In this document: piece after piece, positions 10,223 to 20,987 of the stretch
How the letters are laid out: the number at the start of each line of letters is the position of its first letter
How positions within the stretch are numbered: the first letter of the stretch is position 1
Source: Candidatus Zixiibacteriota bacterium
GTDB lineage: Bacteria > Zixibacteria > MSB-5A5 > UBA10806 > 4484-95
DNA length: 64,000 nucleotides
Reading direction: 5' to 3'
Assembly: GCA_037441845.1 (NCBI GenBank)
Contig: JBBIRK010000001.1
Span: forward strand, 465,284 to 529,283
Notes under the pieces: generated by a model
What the model was told of the DNA's origin: nothing
The model's database searches: none
The model's input: the letters and a program-made list of their open reading frames with translations, nothing else
Made by a program: the position numbers and the translations under genes

Positions 10223-10361
10223 CCGATCCATTATCGTTTCGCGCACGCATTACATTTCCTTGTCCGGCGCAATCCGATCGATTATTATTAGGATAAAAGT
10301 TCAAGCAGAATCTCGAAATTCTCATTTCCGAATTTCCCGAAACATTATGCGGAGGTAATAC

Positions 10362-11513
10362 ATGGAATTCAGCGGTCTCGACACCAAGTGCGTGCACTCC
10401 GGCAACTATGTCGATCCGGACGTCGGCGGAGTCAATACGCCGATCTACTGGTCGACTTCATTTATTTTCCCCAACCAAAAAGGAGAACTGCAATATCCGC
10501 GTTATTTCAACATCCCGACACAAAGGGCGGTCGCCGACAAAATCCGCGCGCTCGAGGGTGGAGACTGGGGGCTGGTGTTCAGTTCGGGATTGGCCGCGGT
10601 CAACGCGGTTTTCGCGGCAGTCCTGCGTTCCGGAGACCATGCCGTTTTTCAGTCAGGCCTCTATGGCGGCACCCAGCATCTGGTGCAAACGATATTGACC
10701 CGTTTCGGCGTGGCGCATGATATCGTAGACGGCGGCGTGGCGGCCGATTTCCAGGCGGCGATCAAACCGAACACCAGATTGATTTTCGTGGAATCGCCCA
10801 CCAATCCGTTGCTGAACGTAATCGACCTCGCGGAAATCGCGGGTATCGGCCGTAAAGCCGGCGTGTTGACAGTAATAGACAACACTTTCGCCACCCCGAT
10901 AAATCAAAATCCGATCGTTTTCGGATTCGATATAGTAATGCACAGCGGAACCAAATACCTCAACGGCCACAGCGATATCTGCTGCGGGGCTTTGGTCGGC
11001 CGAGGGGATCTGTTTCAGCGGATACTCGCCGCCGCCCAAGATTTAGGAGGAAACCTCGATCCGACCGCCTGCTATTTACTCGAACGCGGCCTTAAAACTC
11101 TCGGCTTGCGGGTCGCCCGCCAAAACCAAAACGCACAGGCCATAGCCGAATATCTCGCCGGAAATCCTGCGGTCAACCGAGTATATTATCCGGGGCTGCC
11201 CAATCATCCGGGTCATAAAATCGCCGCCAAACAAATGCGCGGATTCGGCGGAATGCTGTCGTTCGAACTCGATTGCGACTCGGAGGGGGCCCGGCGTTTC
11301 GCCGGCAACCTGAACCTCATTAAAACGGCCGTAAGCCTGGGCGGCGTAGAAAGCCTGCTCTGTTTCCCCTGCGAGACATCGCATTCCAAGGTTTCGGCGG
11401 AGCAACGTAGAAAACAGGGGATATCCGACACTTTGGTCCGTCTGTCTGTGGGAATAGAAAATATCGAAGACTTGATCGCCGATATCGATAACGCTTTAAG
11501 CAAAATCAGATGA
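10362..11513 (+). CDS. PLP-dependent Cys/Met metabolism enzyme (cystathionine beta/gamma-lyase or methionine gamma-lyase family)
   Basis: ESPTNP, DNTFATP, HSGTKYLNGHSD (PLP lysine), SLGGVESL, RLSVGIE. Confidence 0.9.
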   Translation: MEFSGLDTKCVHSGNYVDPDVGGVNTPIYWSTSFIFPNQKGELQYPRYFNIPTQRAVADKIRALEGGDWGLVFSSGLAAVNAVFAAVLRSGDHAVFQSGLYGGTQHLVQTILTRFGVAHDIVDGGVAADFQAAIKPNTRLIFVESPTNPLLNVIDLAEIAGIGRKAGVLTVIDNTFATPINQNPIVFGFDIVMHSGTKYLNGHSDICCGALVGRGDLFQRILAAAQDLGGNLDPTACYLLERGLKTLGLRVARQNQNAQAIAEYLAGNPAVNRVYYPGLPNHPGHKIAAKQMRGFGGMLSFELDCDSEGARRFAGNLNLIKTAVSLGGVESLLCFPCETSHSKVSAEQRRKQGISDTLVRLSVGIENIEDLIADIDNALSKIR

Positions 11514-11530
11514 AATCCGGATAACCAGAA

Positions 11531-11989
11531 ATGCGCAGAAAAGAAAAAGAGATCAAAAGTCAAAAAGAAATCGTGGAGATAATCAATCGAGCCCGGATTT
11601 GCAGTATCGGCCTATGCCACGACAATGTTCCGTATGTTGTGCCGGTGAATTTCGGCTACAAAGACAGGGCCATTTATTTTCACTCGGCCCCCGAAGGACG
11701 AAAGATCGACATCATAAGGTCGAACAACTTGGTCAGCTTTCAGCTTTATTGCGACTATTCGCTCTCCACCGACGCAGTCCCCTGTCGTTGGTCTGCGACT
11801 TATCGCAGCGTCAGCGGACAGGGCCGGGCGTTCATTTTGAACCGCCTCGAGGATAAAATCAGCGGCCTGGATATACTCATGTCTCATTATGCCCAAGGAC
11901 CGTTCGAATATGATCGACAAGAACTTGACAGGATGGTGATCGTCAAAATCGCAATCGACCGAATGACGGGTAAAAAATCCGGTTATTGA
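11531..11989 (+). CDS. Pyridoxamine 5'-phosphate oxidase-like / NimA-NimC flavin-binding protein
   Basis: MRRKEKEI, PYVVPVNFGY, YFHSAPEGRK, YRSV.G.G, MTGK pattern. Confidence 0.85.
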   Translation: MRRKEKEIKSQKEIVEIINRARICSIGLCHDNVPYVVPVNFGYKDRAIYFHSAPEGRKIDIIRSNNLVSFQLYCDYSLSTDAVPCRWSATYRSVSGQGRAFILNRLEDKISGLDILMSHYAQGPFEYDRQELDRMVIVKIAIDRMTGKKSGY

Positions 11990-12927
11990 ATTCGATTCAT
12001 CTTCGAATCATCCGTTATGCCGGAGATAATCATCCCCAAAAAAATCAAAAGCCCGCCCAGGGCCTGCCGAATCGTAAATGACTCGCCGCCCAGAGTCCAG
12101 GCGAACAGCCCCGCGAAAACCGGTTCGAACGCGAATATCAGCGAAACCCGGATCGGCGATACATATTTTTGAGCCGACAGCTGCACCAAGAAAGCGGAAA
12201 AAGTCGGGAATATCGCCAGAAAAACGATCGCCGAGCTTGCCTTATAATTCGGAAAAGCCGCGGGCTCGGCTGTAAGCAGCCATCCCGATAGCGACAACAA
12301 CCCCACGATTGCGAACTGCTGGAAATTCAAAATATAAGGATCGATACCGGCGGCGATTTTACGGTCGGCGATCAAAATATGCGCCGCATAAGCGATAGCT
12401 GCAACCAGAGTCAATAAATCGCCTGCGTTGAAATATCTCAACCCCCCGCTTAATACCCATAGCCCGGAAAACGATACGAGGGCCGCCCCCAGACTCGTTA
12501 ATTTCGGCAGTGAGCGCAGGAAAATAATTTGTAACGCGGGCACGAATATCACGAATAGGCCGGTGATGAAGCCCGAATTGGCGGCGCTCGTGTATTTCAG
12601 GCCGAGCGTTTGAAATATGTAAAGGATCCATAACGGCAGACCCAGGACGAATCCCGACCCGAAATCGGAAAAGGGCGATCGTTTCAGCGCGATCAATAAG
12701 GGGAACATGATCACCGCCGCCAGCAGAAAGCGACAAGCCACCAGCAACATCGGATCGACGGCCTCGACGGCGCCTTTCACCACGAAAAATGTCGATCCCC
12801 AGATCGCCGCCGAATAAAAAAGCCCCAAATCCGCCGGTTTGACGTGGTTCGAAAATAATCGCCGGAAACGCATATCTATCGGGATCAATGTCATGTCGAT
12901 GCGAACCCGCGGCCAAATTGTCTCCAT
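11983..12927 (-). CDS. DMT/EamA family transporter
   Basis: IWGSTF, RFLLA, GDLLTL, EPVFA; about 10 hydrophobic segments; start uncertain. Confidence 0.9.
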   Translation of the reverse strand: METIWPRVRIDMTLIPIDMRFRRLFSNHVKPADLGLFYSAAIWGSTFFVVKGAVEAVDPMLLVACRFLLAAVIMFPLLIALKRSPFSDFGSGFVLGLPLWILYIFQTLGLKYTSAANSGFITGLFVIFVPALQIIFLRSLPKLTSLGAALVSFSGLWVLSGGLRYFNAGDLLTLVAAIAYAAHILIADRKIAAGIDPYILNFQQFAIVGLLSLSGWLLTAEPAAFPNYKASSAIVFLAIFPTFSAFLVQLSAQKYVSPIRVSLIFAFEPVFAGLFAWTLGGESFTIRQALGGLLIFLGMIISGITDDSKMNRIQ

Positions 12928-12998
12928 AAAAAGACCGCGGGGTCAAGCAGACAGCCGGAAAAATCAGCCTGGCAAAAAGCCCCCGTCGACGCCGGCGA

Positions 12999-14462
12999 TC
13001 ACTTTTTCGGATACAGGTAATTCTCCCCGACCTTCACGCTGTCTATTTCTCCGTCTCGATTGAATATGAAAGTCACCAATTCGCCGTCGCCGTTGTTTCC
13101 GGTCATGCGAAAGACATGTTCGCTCACCGGCGAAAGCTCCACCAGTGCGTCATCGGGATTCTCCTCGGGGGGCACACCGTACCCATTCATCACCAGCCCG
13201 CCGTTGACTATCATGAATTCGGTGTCATAATCCCAGGTATCCGTAAACCGGCCGACATATTTATCGAGCGTGGTGTCGGCGGCAAGTATCGGCTTATCGG
13301 GAGCGGCGATTTCATCGATTATCGGAGACATCAATGCCAGAATTTTTTTGGCGAAAAAGTAAGGTTCGCCGTCGTCGCTGTTGATCAGCACGATCACTCC
13401 GATTTTTTTCTCGGGCACGAAAACGATTTGGCTGCGGTTGCCCGCTACCCAGCCGCCATGACCGACTACTGTCATGTCATCCTCACGCCAGACGGAAAAA
13501 CCGATGCCCCAACCGCCTTTCCAGTTCGGGCGAAGCCAGCGCACCCGGTGCATCTCCCTGAGACTGCTCGGCTTGAGAATCGTCCACGCTTCACCCGAAT
13601 CGGGCCCGAATTGGGCTGAGACGAATTTCGCCAGATCCTCGACCGTGGTTGCCATATTGGCTGCCGGAGTTATTGCGCGGCAATCGGTGAACGGCCTTAT
13701 CCTGCGACTACCGTCGGGCAAGATCTGGCCGTAAGGGGTTACCAGACGGGATCTGTCGATATCCTCGGACAAAACGCTGGTGCTGTTCATCCCCAGTGGC
13801 TTCAAGATGTGCTTGGATATGTATTTTTCATACGGCATCCCCGACACTTGGGCTACGATTTCACCGGCGATCGCCAGAGCTAGATTGGAATATTTGAGTT
13901 TCTCCTCGGGCGCATATATCGCCTCCTGATCAGCCAAGGCTTCGATCATCTGCTGTCGCGAGGGGAAACGGTAATCGGTCCAGTAGGGAAATGCGGATTC
14001 GCGCGGCAATCCCGAGGTGTGAGTCAATAGATGCCAGATTCTGATCGTCGGCGAATCCGGATCGACGTTTTTTATTTTGAACCATTTCAGATGTTTTTTC
14101 ACCGGGTCGTCGAGCGATAACCTCCCTTGGTCGCGAAGTTGCATGATCGCGGTGGCGGTGAACGTTTTCGTGATAGAGGCGATACGAAATATCGATTGGG
14201 TGTCGATCGGCCTCTGGTTTTCAAGATCGGCATAGCCGAATCCTTTGCCGTAGATCAAATCACCGTCATAGACGATCCCGACCGCCAATCCGGGCAGACG
14301 ACGATACTCCATCTGCGCCCCGATCCAAGATTCCAACAAATCGAGGTTCGAGATGAATTTTTGGTTTCGGGAAAATTCCAGCGCCCTCGAATCGGCGATC
14401 ATCGTCAAAAGAAAAAAGAACAAAAACGGATACATACGGCAAACAGATCGGAACCTTGTCAT
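12999..14462 (-). CDS. Serine hydrolase, beta-lactamase/AmpC-like family, secreted
   Basis: SxxK (SITK), LLTHTSG, YSN and HGG motifs; N-terminal hydrophobic signal. Confidence 0.9.
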   Translation of the reverse strand: MTRFRSVCRMYPFLFFFLLTMIADSRALEFSRNQKFISNLDLLESWIGAQMEYRRLPGLAVGIVYDGDLIYGKGFGYADLENQRPIDTQSIFRIASITKTFTATAIMQLRDQGRLSLDDPVKKHLKWFKIKNVDPDSPTIRIWHLLTHTSGLPRESAFPYWTDYRFPSRQQMIEALADQEAIYAPEEKLKYSNLALAIAGEIVAQVSGMPYEKYISKHILKPLGMNSTSVLSEDIDRSRLVTPYGQILPDGSRRIRPFTDCRAITPAANMATTVEDLAKFVSAQFGPDSGEAWTILKPSSLREMHRVRWLRPNWKGGWGIGFSVWREDDMTVVGHGGWVAGNRSQIVFVPEKKIGVIVLINSDDGEPYFFAKKILALMSPIIDEIAAPDKPILAADTTLDKYVGRFTDTWDYDTEFMIVNGGLVMNGYGVPPEENPDDALVELSPVSEHVFRMTGNNGDGELVTFIFNRDGEIDSVKVGENYLYPKK

Positions 14463-14577
14463 AAACAACCCCTTTTTCGATTTTCAATTATCGAACGAAA
14501 TATCTCCCATTTTACCATGGCGGCATAATTATTCAATCACATATTGATAGATTGTCGAGGAAATATCCCGCGCCGCT

Positions 14578-15123
14578 TCAGCGGATTCGGCCTTTCTGGG
14601 CGAGACTGTCGGCGACGGCTTGAATCAGGGCGAGGATTTCGGCCCCCGTATTTTTGAGGACTTCAGGCAATGCGGCCGATTTTTCATAAGCCGACAGTCG
14701 GACAAGATAAGCACCCGCCGGAAAATCAAAACCGGACTCCGATAATATCCCCGATTCGAAAACCATGGAGGTTTCCGGCAGGTCGGGATACAGTTCGCGC
14801 AGAATCGAACGCGGTCCATCAGGGTCGGCGAATCGATACACCTCGGCAGCCAGCAGCATATCGCCGTCGCCGTAATCGACCCGCGCGACCTCCACGAATC
14901 CGTTTTTCAAAAACAGTTCGGCGCCGCCGTCGATATAAACCCATAAGGAATCCCGGGCGAATGTGTTGACCGCCGAAACCTGCATTATATTCTCGCCTAT
15001 CTTCGGCGGCAGGAAATTTGCGGGACGGGAAATATCCCGCGGCCTATCGGTCTTGCCGCAGGCGGAAAACAGCAAGACACAGAGCAGCATCGCCGGCCCC
15101 GGTAAACGAAAACGATTATTCAT
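14578..15123 (-). CDS. Lipoprotein of unknown function (DUF6599-like)
   Basis: Lipobox FSAC; LWVYIDGGAELFLKNGF motif; overlaps the permease stop. Confidence 0.55.
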   Translation of the reverse strand: MNNRFRLPGPAMLLCVLLFSACGKTDRPRDISRPANFLPPKIGENIMQVSAVNTFARDSLWVYIDGGAELFLKNGFVEVARVDYGDGDMLLAAEVYRFADPDGPRSILRELYPDLPETSMVFESGILSESGFDFPAGAYLVRLSAYEKSAALPEVLKNTGAEILALIQAVADSLAQKGRIR

Positions 15124-16333
15124 AGCGCAGAGCCTCGATCGGATTCAATCGAGAGGCCTTGCGGGCCGGATATAGTCCGAAAAACACCCCCACCGCGAAC
15201 GCGAAGAAAAACGACAACGCTATCGCCTCGGGAGCGATATAAGTTTTCCATCCGAATATCTCGGTCATTCCGAAAGAGCCGCCGATTCCCAGCATTATTC
15301 CGATTATTCCGCCGATTATGGCTATGGAAAGCGATTCGAGCAGAAATTGTCCCATTATGTCTTTTCGCTTCGCACCTATAGCGATCCGTATGCCTATCTC
15401 CCGGGTGCGTTCGGTCACCGAAACCAGCATTATGTTCATTATCCCGATTCCGCCCACTATCAGCGAAACCAAGGCCACGCCCGCCAAAAGGTAGGTCAGG
15501 GTCTTGGTTGTTTCCTCCCGGGCGGCCATGAAATCGGATTGCGATTGGATAAAAAAGTCGTTTTCCTGTTCGGGTCGAAGACGATGAGAGCGCCGGATGA
15601 TTTTTTCGATATCCAGATAAGCATCGGAGATCGACGCACCGGGGCGTAAATGCCCTACCAGTCGGTCGATGTGGTCGATACCGAATACGCGCTTTTGGGC
15701 GGTGGTATAGGGTATGACGACGATATCGTCGAAATCGAGCCAACCGCCCGATACGCCCTTGCTCTGGGTCAAACCGACTATCTCGAAATGGGAACGGCCC
15801 ACCCTAATCGATTTTCCCACCGGATTGATATCTCCGAATAAATTCTCGGCGACTTTTGGGCCGATCACAGCCACCCGCGCCAGGGAATTCACGTCCTGCT
15901 CGTCGAACGATTCCCCCTCCGCGAAAATGAAATTCCTGAGTTCGAAGTATTCGGGGTCGGTCCCGATGACCGTCGAATTCCAATTGCGATTGCCATAGAC
16001 TATCTGCCGCTGGCCGGTGATTTCAGGAACCACATGATCGAGCATAACCGTTTCCTGGCGTAATTTGCGAAGATCGTGAACATCGAGGCGCTGCTCGGTT
16101 CCGAGAGCCACTCTGATCCCACCGGGACGGGAAAAACCCGAACGAACGTAAATCAAATCGGTACCTAAAGCCGATAGCCTGTCGGCCACCGCTTTTTTCG
16201 CGCCCTGTCCGAGCGAAATCATGACGATGACCGCGGCCACGCCTATTATTATGCCCAGCATGGTCAACAGCGACCGCATCTTGTTGGCGGCCATAGCATC
16301 GAGACTTACCTTGAAAAACTCGCCCCAGTTCAA
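15116..16333 (-). CDS. MacB/FtsX-type ABC transporter permease
   Basis: RSLLTMLGIIIGV, GGIGIMNIMLVSVTERTREIGIR, PARKASRLNPIEALRYE; no ATPase domain. Confidence 0.95.
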   Translation of the reverse strand: MNWGEFFKVSLDAMAANKMRSLLTMLGIIIGVAAVIVMISLGQGAKKAVADRLSALGTDLIYVRSGFSRPGGIRVALGTEQRLDVHDLRKLRQETVMLDHVVPEITGQRQIVYGNRNWNSTVIGTDPEYFELRNFIFAEGESFDEQDVNSLARVAVIGPKVAENLFGDINPVGKSIRVGRSHFEIVGLTQSKGVSGGWLDFDDIVVIPYTTAQKRVFGIDHIDRLVGHLRPGASISDAYLDIEKIIRRSHRLRPEQENDFFIQSQSDFMAAREETTKTLTYLLAGVALVSLIVGGIGIMNIMLVSVTERTREIGIRIAIGAKRKDIMGQFLLESLSIAIIGGIIGIMLGIGGSFGMTEIFGWKTYIAPEAIALSFFFAFAVGVFFGLYPARKASRLNPIEALRYE

Positions 16334-17640
16334 CGCCGTCTCTCCACGCCCATTACCTGATTCATATCGCGCATCCGCTGCATGAACGCCTCTCGATCTT
16401 TCAGGGCTTTCGAGGTCACGGTGGTGAGAATAGTATCGCCCTCGGCCACCCCCGAAACCGCCTCGGCAAGCTCGAAATTGGAAAGCCCGATCTCCACCGG
16501 TGTAGGTATCTGCTGACCGTTTTTCTGAACGATCACTATTTTTTGCAACCCGACCGTATCTGCAGACCCGATCGGCGCGATTAAATTTCCCCGCGCGCCG
16601 GCCGCCTGCGACTCCGGCCGCCGGCGGATATTGCCGGGGTTGTCAGCCGATTTTTGCCTTGCCGTTCCCGAGTCCGAGCGGTTGCCGCCGGCGAACAAGG
16701 TCGCAGCCGCCGGATCAAGCAACGCCTCCCGCGGCAGCAGCAATATATTTTCTTTATGCCCGGCGAAAATTTCCACGCTCGAATTCATCCCGGCCATCAG
16801 CAGACCGCCGCTGTTGTCAACCAAAATGGTCACGTCGAACGTGGTTACGTTTTGTTCCGATTTTGCCAACGGCACTATTCTAATTACATTCCCCTTGAAA
16901 CGGCGGTCGGGATAACTTTCGGGCACCACCGTGGCCGCCATTCCCACCTTGATCTGACCGATATCGACTTCGTCCACGGCCGTCCTGACATATACTTTCG
17001 ACATGTCGGCGACCGTGGCGATCGTCGTCCCTCCGGATACGGCGGATATCCCCGAGGCGATGATCTGGCCGATTTCCACGTACTTTTTCAATACGATGCC
17101 GTCGATCGGCGAGCGTATCGTGGTTTCCGCCAGCCGCTCGCGTGAGTCTTCGAGTGCCGCGGTCGCCCGGATCAAATTGGAATTGGCCTGCTCTTTGGCC
17201 AGCAAAGCGTTTTCATAATCGAGCTCGGAGATCAACCCTTGCTCATAAAGTTGCTTCTGGCGTTCGGCCTGTTTGGTCGCCTGTGAAAGCGAAACCCTGG
17301 CCACCTCAAGATCGGCCGATTTTTGATCGAAATCGTTTTTGGCCGTACTGGCATCGAGTCGAGCTATCAATTGCCCCTTTTTGACCCGATCCCCCTCCTC
17401 GATCGGCATCTCGATTATCTCCCCCGATGCCTTCGACTTGAGATCGACCGCCAGTATCGGCTCGATCACCCCCGTTGAACTGACCGTAACCAGCAGATCG
17501 CCGCGTTTTACCACCGAAACCGAGGTTCGCGAATAGCTCGATCCCGGCTGAGAATTCGATTTTCTCGAACCGAAAATCAGATATGCAATCGCCACTATCA
17601 ACACGCCCACAATTATCGCCGCTATTTTTTTCACGTTCAC
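16330..17640 (-). CDS. MacA/HlyD-type efflux periplasmic adaptor subunit
   Basis: N-terminal TM anchor; lipoyl halves (EGDRVKKGQLIA, IRSPIDG) around a helical hairpin; VDEVDIG. Confidence 0.9.
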   Translation of the reverse strand: MNVKKIAAIIVGVLIVAIAYLIFGSRKSNSQPGSSYSRTSVSVVKRGDLLVTVSSTGVIEPILAVDLKSKASGEIIEMPIEEGDRVKKGQLIARLDASTAKNDFDQKSADLEVARVSLSQATKQAERQKQLYEQGLISELDYENALLAKEQANSNLIRATAALEDSRERLAETTIRSPIDGIVLKKYVEIGQIIASGISAVSGGTTIATVADMSKVYVRTAVDEVDIGQIKVGMAATVVPESYPDRRFKGNVIRIVPLAKSEQNVTTFDVTILVDNSGGLLMAGMNSSVEIFAGHKENILLLPREALLDPAAATLFAGGNRSDSGTARQKSADNPGNIRRRPESQAAGARGNLIAPIGSADTVGLQKIVIVQKNGQQIPTPVEIGLSNFELAEAVSGVAEGDTILTTVTSKALKDREAFMQRMRDMNQVMGVERRR

Positions 17641-17864
17641 TCCTTATCGATTATTGGACACCCGTTCGGCTCTTTCGGTTTAGCGGCCGCGGGTGATTGC
17701 AAAATATAATATATTATACTCGATATTGGGGTGAAAAGTAACCGGCAGTTACAATCTGTTTCGAAAATTGTTCGTGATTTAATATATCGAGGACCGCATC
17801 GGCCGTGCGTATGGTCTCGGCTCAGCGAACGAAATCGGGCGAATTAGGAATGATTTCCAGCGAA

Positions 17865-18308
17865 TTAATTCCGCCGTGGTTTTTTTATGGTATTATCGGC
17901 ACCTCGGCCGGCGTAAACTTCCCGCGAAAAACTTAAAAGTCTTTCCATCGTTTCCGAACTGAGTACATGTTCCATCATGCAGGCGTCACGGGCGGCGGTT
18001 TCCGCTTCGACTCCGAGTATGTCATGCAAAAAAAGGCTTAAAAACCGGTGCCGTTCGCTCAAGCGTCGCGCCAGGCTCCTGCCCGATGAGGTCAAAGTCA
18101 CGAACTCTCTGGCTTCGTAGCGAACCAGTCCCCTCAGCGCGAGCTTCTTGAGCGCGTTGGTCACGCTCGACATCGCCACATTCCTCGATCTGGCGATATC
18201 CCTTACCCGAGCGGTTTTGCCCGCGAAAGACAAAAAGTAAATCACCTCCAGATAATCTTCGAGCGAGGACGATATCTCCCCTATCAAGACCTGTTTTGTC
18301 GAGGGCAT
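17865..18308 (-). CDS. DtxR/MntR family metal-dependent transcriptional repressor
   Basis: SLEDYLEVIY, wHTH (RVRDIA...SSVT.ALKKL), RH...FL..ILGV, DACMMEH. Confidence 0.92.
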   Translation of the reverse strand: MPSTKQVLIGEISSSLEDYLEVIYFLSFAGKTARVRDIARSRNVAMSSVTNALKKLALRGLVRYEAREFVTLTSSGRSLARRLSERHRFLSLFLHDILGVEAETAARDACMMEHVLSSETMERLLSFSREVYAGRGADNTIKKPRRN

Positions 18309-18346
18309 TTGATATACCTCCCGAATTAAAAACAGCGCCAGGTGAT

Positions 18347-18517
18347 TCAGTTGATATCCGCGCCGTCTTTTTTCTGGAAAAACGCGGCCAGTTCTTGGCT
18401 TTTATTTTTGCAGTTGCAACCGTGACAGCCGCCGCCTTTCAACTGCTGCAGGAGCCGCCGTCCGGTGTATATCGCCGCCAGGGTTACGATAGCTATAACA
18501 ACTATTGTTTCCATCAT
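18347..18517 (-). CDS. FeoB-associated Cys-rich small membrane protein (not in ORF track)
   Basis: Translated by hand: MMETIVVIAIVTLAAIYTGRRLLQQLKGGGCHGCNCKNKSQELAAFFQKKDGADIN*; a TM helix plus CxxCxC, directly after feoB. Confidence 0.8.
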   Translation of the reverse strand: MMETIVVIAIVTLAAIYTGRRLLQQLKGGGCHGCNCKNKSQELAAFFQKKDGADIN

Positions 18518-18526
18518 CGGCAAACC

Positions 18527-20944
18527 TCATCCGATACCGATAAGCTTTCCGGCTTGATAGACGACGAACGCCGTAAACCAGGCCAGAACGGTCGTGTAAC
18601 TTACTTGGAAAATCATTTCCTTCAACGAACCGGTCTCACGAAGGAAAACCGCCATGGCCGACATGCAGGGCATATACAGAAGCACGAAAACCAGAAATGA
18701 ATAAGCCACCAGCGGAGTATAAATCGGATCTTCCGACAGTCTTTTGCGCAGGGCTGTCGAGCTTTCATCGTCGGCTGCCTCGACTCCATATATTGTCCCC
18801 ATGGTCGCCACCACCACCTCTTTGGCGGCGAAACCCGACAAAATGGCGACCCCGAGACGCCAGTCGAATCCGAGCGGCGCGATCACAGGCTCGATAATTT
18901 TACCGATTCTACCGGCGAAACTATTCTCGAGCTTGGCCTCGGCCGCCTTTGATTCGATTTCATTTATGAGACTGTCCCTCTGAAATTCGGAGGGAAACGC
19001 TCCTTCGCCTTGCTCGATCAAGGCGATCTTCCGATCCCGTTCGCTTTCAATCGCTCGGTTGTGCGGAAAAGTCATCAAGAACCACATGACAATGGAAATG
19101 CCGAGAATTATCGTACCGGCTTTCCGAAGATACAAGACCGAGCGCTCCCACATATGCAAAAGCAGGCTGCGCAACGTCGGGACGCGGTATGGGGGAAGTT
19201 CGATTACAAACGGCGAGGATACCCCTTTGAATCGGGTGAGCCGCAGGAGTTTCACCATGCCTATCGCCACGATTATTCCGAGCAAATAAATCGAAAACAT
19301 GACGGTGCCGGCGTTTTTGGGCCAGAACGCCCCGCAGATAAGGACATATACCGGCAGACGTGCACTGCAACTCATGAAAGTAGTAACGTGCATGGTTATG
19401 AGTCGGTCGGTTTTGTCCTCGATTATACGACTTCCCATATATGCCGGAACCGAACAGCCGAAACCGATCAGCATCGGGATAAAAGACTTGCCGTGTAGTC
19501 CTATCTTGTGCATCAGTCGGTCCATGATGAAAGCGGCTCTGGCCATATAGCCGGTGTCCTCGAGAATCGCGATCGCCAGGAACAGAAACATTATATTGGG
19601 CAGAAAGACGATGACACCGCCCACACCACCGATCACACCATCGACTATCAATGAACGCAAAATTCCGCCGGGCATGATAGAGGTAATCAAGCCGGCCAAG
19701 GATTCGATTCCGAGCTCGATCCACTCGACCGGCTTTTCCGAAAGTCCGAAAGTGAGATGGAAAAGCAGCCACATGAGCAACGAGAAGATGAGCAATCCGG
19801 AAAACGGATGAATCAAGACCGCGTCGATCGTATCCGATATATCGTGTCGTCTTTCGGCGGCGCCGCTGACCGCCTCGCTGCAGGCTCCGCTTATGAATCC
19901 GTATCGTCTTTCCGTTATCACCGAGGCCGGGTCGTCGCCGAACATGGTGCTCAGTCTCTGGCGGGATTTCTCCGTGTTTTCTTTTATTTGGTCAGAGTAC
20001 CGATGCGATTCGATCAGCTTGGTTATCTCGGCGTCGTTCTCGAGCAATTTCAGCGCCACCCAGCGTGATCTGAAACCGTTGAGAACCGACATATCGAGGG
20101 AAATCGTTTCCGCTATTTTATTCAGTTCTTTTTCTATTTCCGCCCCATATCGCAACGGCTGCGGCCTACTGACGATCCGACCCTCGGCGCAAGCGATTAT
20201 GGTGTCGAGCAGTTCGTTCATCCCCCGGCGCTTGTTCCCCACCGTGGGAACTGTCGGAATGCCCAGCAATTCGGACAGTTGCTTATGGTTTATCATGATG
20301 CCTTTATTGGCAGCCATATCGCTCATATTCAGGGCGATAATGATCGGGATTTCCAGCTCGGCGAATTGCATGGTTAGATATAGATTGCGCTCGATATTCG
20401 AGGCGTCCACTATATCGACCACCAGGTCGGGTTTTTCATCGAGAATCACCCGGCGGGCGATTTTCTCGTCGAGGGAATGCGCGGATAGGCTATAGGTGCC
20501 GGGAAGATCGATGACTTTTATCCGGTAATCGCCGTAATGAACATAGCCTTCCTTTTTTTCGACCGTGACTCCTGGATAATTACCCACATGTTGATTGGCG
20601 CCGGTAAGGTTGTTGAAAATCGTGGTCTTTCCCGAATTGGGGTTGCCGGCCAGCGCTATCACCAATTCTTTTTGGGGCTGATGTCGCTGCTCCTTTACTC
20701 TTATCTTGCCGGCAACGCCCCGACCCAAAGCGAGTTTTGTGCGACGCACCTCGATCCCGATCGGTCCGGCGCCGGAATTGGAAAGCACCCGCAGCCTGGA
20801 TCCTGGATTAAGCCCCATCGAATAGATCTTCTCTTTCAGGCCGGATCCGCCGTCCAGATCGGCCATGATATACCATTGCCCGGGGCGGGCATCGCTTAAA
20901 AAGGTTATGCCGTTATCCGTCTTATGATTGGATCCTTTGGCCAT
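18527..20944 (-). CDS. feoB: Fused FeoA-FeoB ferrous iron transporter
   Basis: N-terminal FeoA (SMGLNPG...LALGRG); G-domain GNPNSGKT, VGNYPGVTV, DLPG, NMSD; membrane domain GFGCSVP, FMSCSARLP. Confidence 0.95.
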   Translation of the reverse strand: MAKGSNHKTDNGITFLSDARPGQWYIMADLDGGSGLKEKIYSMGLNPGSRLRVLSNSGAGPIGIEVRRTKLALGRGVAGKIRVKEQRHQPQKELVIALAGNPNSGKTTIFNNLTGANQHVGNYPGVTVEKKEGYVHYGDYRIKVIDLPGTYSLSAHSLDEKIARRVILDEKPDLVVDIVDASNIERNLYLTMQFAELEIPIIIALNMSDMAANKGIMINHKQLSELLGIPTVPTVGNKRRGMNELLDTIIACAEGRIVSRPQPLRYGAEIEKELNKIAETISLDMSVLNGFRSRWVALKLLENDAEITKLIESHRYSDQIKENTEKSRQRLSTMFGDDPASVITERRYGFISGACSEAVSGAAERRHDISDTIDAVLIHPFSGLLIFSLLMWLLFHLTFGLSEKPVEWIELGIESLAGLITSIMPGGILRSLIVDGVIGGVGGVIVFLPNIMFLFLAIAILEDTGYMARAAFIMDRLMHKIGLHGKSFIPMLIGFGCSVPAYMGSRIIEDKTDRLITMHVTTFMSCSARLPVYVLICGAFWPKNAGTVMFSIYLLGIIVAIGMVKLLRLTRFKGVSSPFVIELPPYRVPTLRSLLLHMWERSVLYLRKAGTIILGISIVMWFLMTFPHNRAIESERDRKIALIEQGEGAFPSEFQRDSLINEIESKAAEAKLENSFAGRIGKIIEPVIAPLGFDWRLGVAILSGFAAKEVVVATMGTIYGVEAADDESSTALRKRLSEDPIYTPLVAYSFLVFVLLYMPCMSAMAVFLRETGSLKEMIFQVSYTTVLAWFTAFVVYQAGKLIGIG

Positions 20945-20987
20945 CTCTTTTTATCCTGCCGGATATTTCGGCACTTTCATTAAACTA

